DNA from: an uncultured Chloroflexia bacterium
GTDB taxonomy: Bacteria > Chloroflexota > Anaerolineae > Caldilineales > Caldilineaceae
Length of the DNA: 64,000 bases
Assembly (NCBI GenBank): GCA_963807905.1
Contig: CAWEEJ010000086.1
Location: 3,327-67,326, forward strand
Reading direction: 5' to 3'
The notes under the pieces were generated by a model. It did no database searches. It was not told the origin of the DNA and worked only from the letters and a program-made list of their open reading frames with translations. The position numbers and the translations under genes were made by a program. This document shows positions 59,686-64,000 of this stretch, piece after piece (the first letter of the stretch is position 1; every line of letters starts with the position of its first letter).

Positions 59686-60231
59686 ATGTTGCCTCAATCA
59701 CACGTCGCCTATACGTGGCTGGCGCTGAGCCTGGCCCAGGACACGCTCGACATCGCACCCGATGCCGACTATCGACTGGTCGCGCTTGCGGCCATGGGGT
59801 CAGACCTGGTCGACAAGCCGCTGGCCTGGGCTTACTTCTATGAACGGCACAAATCGGCTGTTCTTTTCGCCCACACGCTCATTGCTTATGCGGCAGTGGC
59901 CTGGCTCACGCTGCGCCGCTTTCCCCGTCTGCGTTTGTTGGGCGTGGCTTTTCTGGGTCACGCGCTCCTCGATCGAATTTGGATGTTCCGGGATACCTTC
60001 GATCGGCCCCTGCGCGGCTGGCGTTTCCACGAGTGGAAGAAGCAGGGCTCGGAGCAAGAAAAAATCGGCAATGCCTACTGGCATGCCTTCACGCGTCGGC
60101 CGGAGCTGTGGGGGTGGGAAGTGGGCGGTCTGCTGGCGCTTGGCTATTTCGTATGGCGCTATCGCCTGTGGAAGCGCGCCAATCTCATCTCCTTTGTCTT
60201 GACCGGACGACCGCAAAAATATCCGCAGTAG
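59686..60231 (+). CDS. Membrane protein, possibly a DUF457/YdjM-like metal-dependent hydrolase
   Basis: 181 aa, His-rich hydrophobic segments (SHVAYTW, FAHTLIAY, FLGHALLDR). The family assignment is tentative. Confidence 0.4.
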   Translation: MLPQSHVAYTWLALSLAQDTLDIAPDADYRLVALAAMGSDLVDKPLAWAYFYERHKSAVLFAHTLIAYAAVAWLTLRRFPRLRLLGVAFLGHALLDRIWMFRDTFDRPLRGWRFHEWKKQGSEQEKIGNAYWHAFTRRPELWGWEVGGLLALGYFVWRYRLWKRANLISFVLTGRPQKYPQ

Positions 60232-60274
60232 CGGCCATTTACGAGGCATGCGAGCACCGTGATACAATCGCGTT

Positions 60275-61861
60275 ATGCAAGATCCACCCTCGGCGCCTGA
60301 GTCGCCGCCTGAAGCAGTCGCGCCGCCGCCTTCACCGCCAGACAATTCAAACGCGTCACCCCCTTCTACACCGCCCACCTCCGTCCACTCTACGAGGGGA
60401 ACCGGCCGCCGTGTTCTGGTCAACACCAGCGCACTGGCCGGCTCGTCAATTTGGCGCATCGTGATCAGCTTTGTCCTCCAGGTGCTGATCACGCGCATGC
60501 TGGGCGTGGCCCAGTTTGGTCAATATGTGAGCGCGTTGGCGTTTCTTAACGTGGCGCAAGTTGCCGCGGAACTAGGGCTACCCAACCTGCTCGTGCGGGA
60601 CCTGGCTCAAGCCCCGAGTCAGCGCCGCTCTTACTTCATGGCGTCCTTGCGGATTCAACTTATCTCATCCTTTGTCACCTGGCTGGCGCTGATTGGGCTG
60701 AGCATTGTCTTGCCCCTGTCTCCCGGACTGCGCATCGCTCTCTGGCTGGCGGGCGCATCGCTACCCTTTTACGCGATCACCTCAGTCAGCCAGACGCTGT
60801 TTCAGGCGTGCGAGCGCATGGAACTGGTCATGAGCGTGGAGGGCGTAGTCAACACGTTGATTCTCGTGCTTAGCCTGGCGGTGCTTTTCCTGGGCGGGCA
60901 AGTGCAGCATTTGATCGGCGTGATGGTGGTGACGCAGGCGATTTCCGCCATGCTTTGTCTCTTCCTGATTATGCGCACCGGTCTCCTTGCCGACGCAACG
61001 GAGCGGGTGACGGTTCGCTGGCGCGACCTGTGGCCCCGGGCGCGTCCCTTCTACTGGCTCTCGCTGGCCGATGTGCTCTTGCATCGTCTGGATATTTTGC
61101 TGTTGAATGTCGTGGCCGGCGATTACGTCACCGGTCTCTACAGTATCGCCTACAGCCTGGTCCGGGTCGTTGTCAAGCTGATCCAGAGCTATTGGAAGGC
61201 GCTCTATCCTACTTTCAGCCGCCTCCAGCAGGAGTCGATGGTCCATTATCGTCGTCTGGCGGATTTGAGCCTGCGTTATGGACTCATGGTCGTGCTGCCC
61301 GGCGCGACGCTGGCGATTGGCGTGGCCGGCAACGTGCTCACCTTGCTCTACGGTCCTGAAGCCGAAGGCGCAACGAGCGCATTTCAGGTGCTGGTCTGGA
61401 TGACACCCTTCTTTTTGGTTGAGACCTACGCCATCACCCTGCTCATGGCTGAACACTACCCTCGCCAAAGCCTCCTGCTGACGCTCCTGCACATCGGCGC
61501 TGTTGCGCTGCTGCTGCCGCCGCTGACGCTGCAGTTGGGCGCGGTGGGAGCTGCTATTGCCATGCTAATCGCCACTGCCGCAGGCGCCTGTATTGGTCTA
61601 TACCTGCTGCATGTGGAGGGAATCCCTGCACGCGTCAGCAAGGTCGGTTGGCTGGTTGCCAGTGCACTGCTGGCAGGCGCTGTCAATATCTTTTTGCCCG
61701 TGCCGTGGATTCTGCGCACGCTCACCGCAGCTGCTCTCTATCTGTTGCTGATTTGGATCACAGGCGTCTTTGCGCCCAGCGATCGACAGCTGCTGCGCCG
61801 GGCGCTGCTGGCAACGGAGCAACGCTCATCCGCCCCAGAGCAAGCCCCAACTGCGCCCTAA
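60275..61861 (+). CDS. Polysaccharide biosynthesis protein / Wzx-like flippase (MOP superfamily)
   Basis: 528 aa, about 12-14 TM, after a Pro/Ser-rich N-terminus. Adjacent to GT4 and ABC-2 genes. Confidence 0.75.
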   Translation: MQDPPSAPESPPEAVAPPPSPPDNSNASPPSTPPTSVHSTRGTGRRVLVNTSALAGSSIWRIVISFVLQVLITRMLGVAQFGQYVSALAFLNVAQVAAELGLPNLLVRDLAQAPSQRRSYFMASLRIQLISSFVTWLALIGLSIVLPLSPGLRIALWLAGASLPFYAITSVSQTLFQACERMELVMSVEGVVNTLILVLSLAVLFLGGQVQHLIGVMVVTQAISAMLCLFLIMRTGLLADATERVTVRWRDLWPRARPFYWLSLADVLLHRLDILLLNVVAGDYVTGLYSIAYSLVRVVVKLIQSYWKALYPTFSRLQQESMVHYRRLADLSLRYGLMVVLPGATLAIGVAGNVLTLLYGPEAEGATSAFQVLVWMTPFFLVETYAITLLMAEHYPRQSLLLTLLHIGAVALLLPPLTLQLGAVGAAIAMLIATAAGACIGLYLLHVEGIPARVSKVGWLVASALLAGAVNIFLPVPWILRTLTAAALYLLLIWITGVFAPSDRQLLRRALLATEQRSSAPEQAPTAP

Positions 61862-61923
61862 CCGATCACTTTCAGAGTATCGTTGCCCCAAACACTCGAT
61901 GTTCTCAGACGCACGCTTTACCA

Positions 61924-61976
61924 AAATGACCATTGATCATTGGCAATTGACCATTGCCAATGATCAATGGTCATTT
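61924..61976. repeat. Perfect inverted repeat: 24-bp arms AAATGACCATTGATCATTGGCAAT with a 5-nt spacer
   Basis: Left arm 61924-61947, spacer TGACC, right arm 61953-61976. Exact reverse complement, AT-rich in a GC-rich context. Confidence 0.95.
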
Positions 61977-61994
61977 ATGCGTTGCATCCGCTTA

Positions 61995-62024
61995 TTGGAC
62001 CTCCCTTGCGCTTTTCTGTAGAAT
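61995..62024 (+). promoter_or_regulatory. Possible promoter TTGGAC-18-TAGAAT
   Basis: TTGGAC at 61995-62000 and TAGAAT at 62019-62024, about 55 nt upstream of the GT4 start. Confidence 0.4.
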
Positions 62025-62079
62025 GGGTGGTTGCATGAAGAGATGGAGTTGCGCCTTTGCGCTTTGACCGGAGTCAATA

Positions 62080-63357
62080 ATGAGTCATTCCGAGCTCGAA
62101 GATCGAGCCCGGCAACGCCGCTATCGTGTCTTGATGATTGCGCCAACGAGCTTTTTCGCCGACTATGGCTGTCATGTGCGCATCCTGGAAGAAGCCCGCG
62201 TGCTGCAAAAGCTCGGCCACGATGTGACGATCGTCACCTATCGCAACGGGGCCGACGTGCCCGACTTGCACATTGAGCGCACCTTGCCCATCCCGTGGCG
62301 CACTGAATACGAAGTGGGCTCCAGCCGTCACAAGCTTGCGTTCGACGGCCTCTTGGGCTGGAAGACGCTGGCGTTGCTGGCACGCAATCGCTACGACATC
62401 ATCCATGCCCATCTCCATGAAGGCGCGTTGATCGGTCTGGTATTGGGCAAGCTCTTTCGGGTTCCGGTACTCTTTGATTTTCAGGGCAGCCTCACAGAGG
62501 AGATGATCGATCATGGCTTTCTCGACCGCACGAGCCGCCTCTTTTCGCCTCTGCGCCGATTGGAAGAGTGGCTCGATCAAACGCCGTCGATTGTCTTCAC
62601 GAGTTCGGCCAACGCCGAACGAATCCTAGTCGATCAATTTGACTGCGATCCGCAACGCATCCGCACCCTGCCCGATTGCGTCAATACCGATACATTTCGG
62701 CCTGCAGCAACTTTTGACCCAAGCGCGCTGGCCGCCTTGCGCTCGAAATTTGCTCTGCCGGTCGACGGCAAGGTCATTGTTTATCTCGGCCTGCTGGCCG
62801 AATACCAGGGTACCGGCCTCCTCTTAGAGGCAATGCAGCGTATCGTGGCGCGCTACCCTGACGTATACTTGCTGTTGATGGGCTTCCCGGACGTGGATCA
62901 CTATCGGCAGCGCGCCCAAGACTTGGGCATTGCAGCCAACGTCCGCTTCACAGGACGCGTGCCCTACGCTGATGCACCGCAACATCTGGCGCTGGGCGAT
63001 GTCGCCGCCGCCCCCAAGCTCAGCTTGACGGAAGGCGCGGGCAAGCTGCTCAACTATATGGCCATGGCCCTACCGACCGTGGCGTTCGATACGCCGGTTG
63101 CGCGTGAGTATTTGGGGCCTCTTGGGCTCTATGCCCAGCGGGGCAGCGCAGAGAGTCTGGCTATAGAGTTGGAGAGGGCGCTGTTTGATGATGAGACGAC
63201 CGGAGAACTTGGCGATCGCCTGCGCCAGCGGGCCATTCGCCACTACGAGTGGTCCATGGCGGGGCAGTCGATCGTCGATACATATGCCGAGGTGCTCGGT
63301 GAAGTCCCTGCCATAGATCAGCCCGCCGTTGATGAGGCAACCACATCAGAGGCGTAA
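62080..63357 (+). CDS. Family 4 glycosyltransferase (GT4, GT-B fold)
   Basis: MIAPTSFFADYGCHVR, and a C-terminal EGAGKLLNYMAMALPTVAFD block (E-x7-E-like region). Confidence 0.8.
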   Translation: MSHSELEDRARQRRYRVLMIAPTSFFADYGCHVRILEEARVLQKLGHDVTIVTYRNGADVPDLHIERTLPIPWRTEYEVGSSRHKLAFDGLLGWKTLALLARNRYDIIHAHLHEGALIGLVLGKLFRVPVLFDFQGSLTEEMIDHGFLDRTSRLFSPLRRLEEWLDQTPSIVFTSSANAERILVDQFDCDPQRIRTLPDCVNTDTFRPAATFDPSALAALRSKFALPVDGKVIVYLGLLAEYQGTGLLLEAMQRIVARYPDVYLLLMGFPDVDHYRQRAQDLGIAANVRFTGRVPYADAPQHLALGDVAAAPKLSLTEGAGKLLNYMAMALPTVAFDTPVAREYLGPLGLYAQRGSAESLAIELERALFDDETTGELGDRLRQRAIRHYEWSMAGQSIVDTYAEVLGEVPAIDQPAVDEATTSEA

Positions 63358-63434
63358 TGCTTTCGCCAGGGTAAGCACCGCGGCACCGGCACACTGAACG
63401 GCAAGCGCGTTGCACGACCAAATTGTTAGGGATT

Positions 63435-64000
63435 ATGAGCCAAACTGTTGAAGTGCGTACCTTTACCCCCGCCGGCAGCAACCAGAGCGCCCTCCAACGC
63501 GTGGGGACCCTGTTCAGCTATCGCGGGCTGATCTATAACCTGGTGATGCGTGAGCTGAAGGTGCGCTACAAGAATAGCGTGCTGGGCTTTGTCTGGAGTC
63601 TGCTCAATCCGCTTGCCATGATGATCGTCTTTACGCTTGTATTTGGCGTGCTCTGGCCCAATGGCGACATCGAAAAATATCCGCTCTTTCTCCTTTGCGG
63701 TTTGGTGCCGTGGCAGTTCTTTTCGAACAGCGTTATGAGCAGCATTACCAGCATTGTCGGCAACGGTAATCTGGTGAAGAAAGTCTACTTCCCGCGCGAA
63801 GTCTTGCCGATTGCGACCGTGCTGGCCAATCTGGTTAATTTTCTGCTCGCGTTCATCGTACTCTTTGGCGTGCTGATCGTTTTCCAATCGAACTTCAGTC
63901 CATGGCTCTGGATGTTGCCCCTGATCATCTTGATTCAGACCTGCTTCACGCTGGGCATTGCCTTTTTTCTCAGTACGATCAACGTCTTTTACCGAGACAC
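63435..64000 (+). CDS. ABC-2 type polysaccharide/teichoic-acid export permease (Wzm/TagG-like), 3' end outside the window
   Basis: Open frame from ATG 63435 to the window end. YRGLIYNLVMRELKVRYKNSVLGFVWSLLNPL is the classic ABC-2 permease N-terminal motif. Not in the ORF track because no stop is reached. Confidence 0.7.
   Translation, partial: MSQTVEVRTFTPAGSNQSALQRVGTLFSYRGLIYNLVMRELKVRYKNSVLGFVWSLLNPLAMMIVFTLVFGVLWPNGDIEKYPLFLLCGLVPWQFFSNSVMSSITSIVGNGNLVKKVYFPREVLPIATVLANLVNFLLAFIVLFGVLIVFQSNFSPWLWMLPLIILIQTCFTLGIAFFLSTINVFYRD

Noticed and set aside
58687-59697. 336-aa ORF antisense to the second ABC permease. Similar antisense ORFs occur at 23614..24528, 25526..26347, 54286..55152 and 26703..27428.
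   Set aside because: They are antisense shadows of well-supported genes in GC-rich DNA, with Arg/His/Gln-rich composition and no recognisable motifs.

Overview
GC-rich bacterial chromosomal window. I saw no rRNA, tRNA or CRISPR array. I count 43 protein-coding loci: 22 in 1-32.2 kb and 21 in 32.2-64 kb. The organism cannot be placed from the sequence alone; an LPXTG-anchored surface protein and a dispersed CTGAGCCTGTCGAAG element suggest a monoderm, possibly Chloroflexota-like, lineage (low-confidence inference).

Content in order:
- A signalling cluster: multi-GAF histidine kinase, a receiver domain fused to an APH-fold kinase, an IS982-family insertion, and a P-loop ATPase with an OmpR-type wHTH.
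- DoxX-like membrane protein, two secreted proteins (PA14; tandem beta-sandwich repeats), a doubly membrane-anchored TAXI-type binding protein, a MATE exporter, pyruvate kinase, a 5'-truncated ABC exporter remnant.
- A LysM protein with a long acidic 48-bp repeat array, GNAT, NADP-malic enzyme (MaeB type), a P450, an RNB exoribonuclease, a PhyH-like dioxygenase.
- A MacAB-like ATPase/adaptor/fused-FtsX permease operon, CPBP protease, M1 peptidase, HdeD-like protein, EEP nuclease/phosphatase.
- Two membrane-anchored giant coiled-coil proteins (one with C-terminal HhH modules), an aeRF1/Vms1-like protein, ClpC, a PHP-AlbA_2 fusion protein.
- UbiA-type (DPPR-synthase-like) prenyltransferase, TlyA, a 2Fe-2S ferredoxin, a FAS1/LPXTG surface protein with two acidic repeat arrays.
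- A BMP-family ABC importer, and the start of a polysaccharide locus (flippase, GT4, ABC-2 permease running off the window).

Main second-look items:
- Six genes with single-base frame breaks plus one truncated gene and one IS, all in the first 32 kb and none in the second half.
- An unusual receiver-kinase fusion coupled to the GAF kinase.
- A terminator-insulated PHP-AlbA_2 gene.
- The coiled-coil/HhH pair.
- The aeRF1-like/ClpC neighbourhood.
- Several unexplained DNA repeats: 27-bp x3, 29-bp x5, a heptamer x5, and a perfect 24-bp-arm palindrome.

All functional calls rest on motifs recognised by eye. No database search was run.
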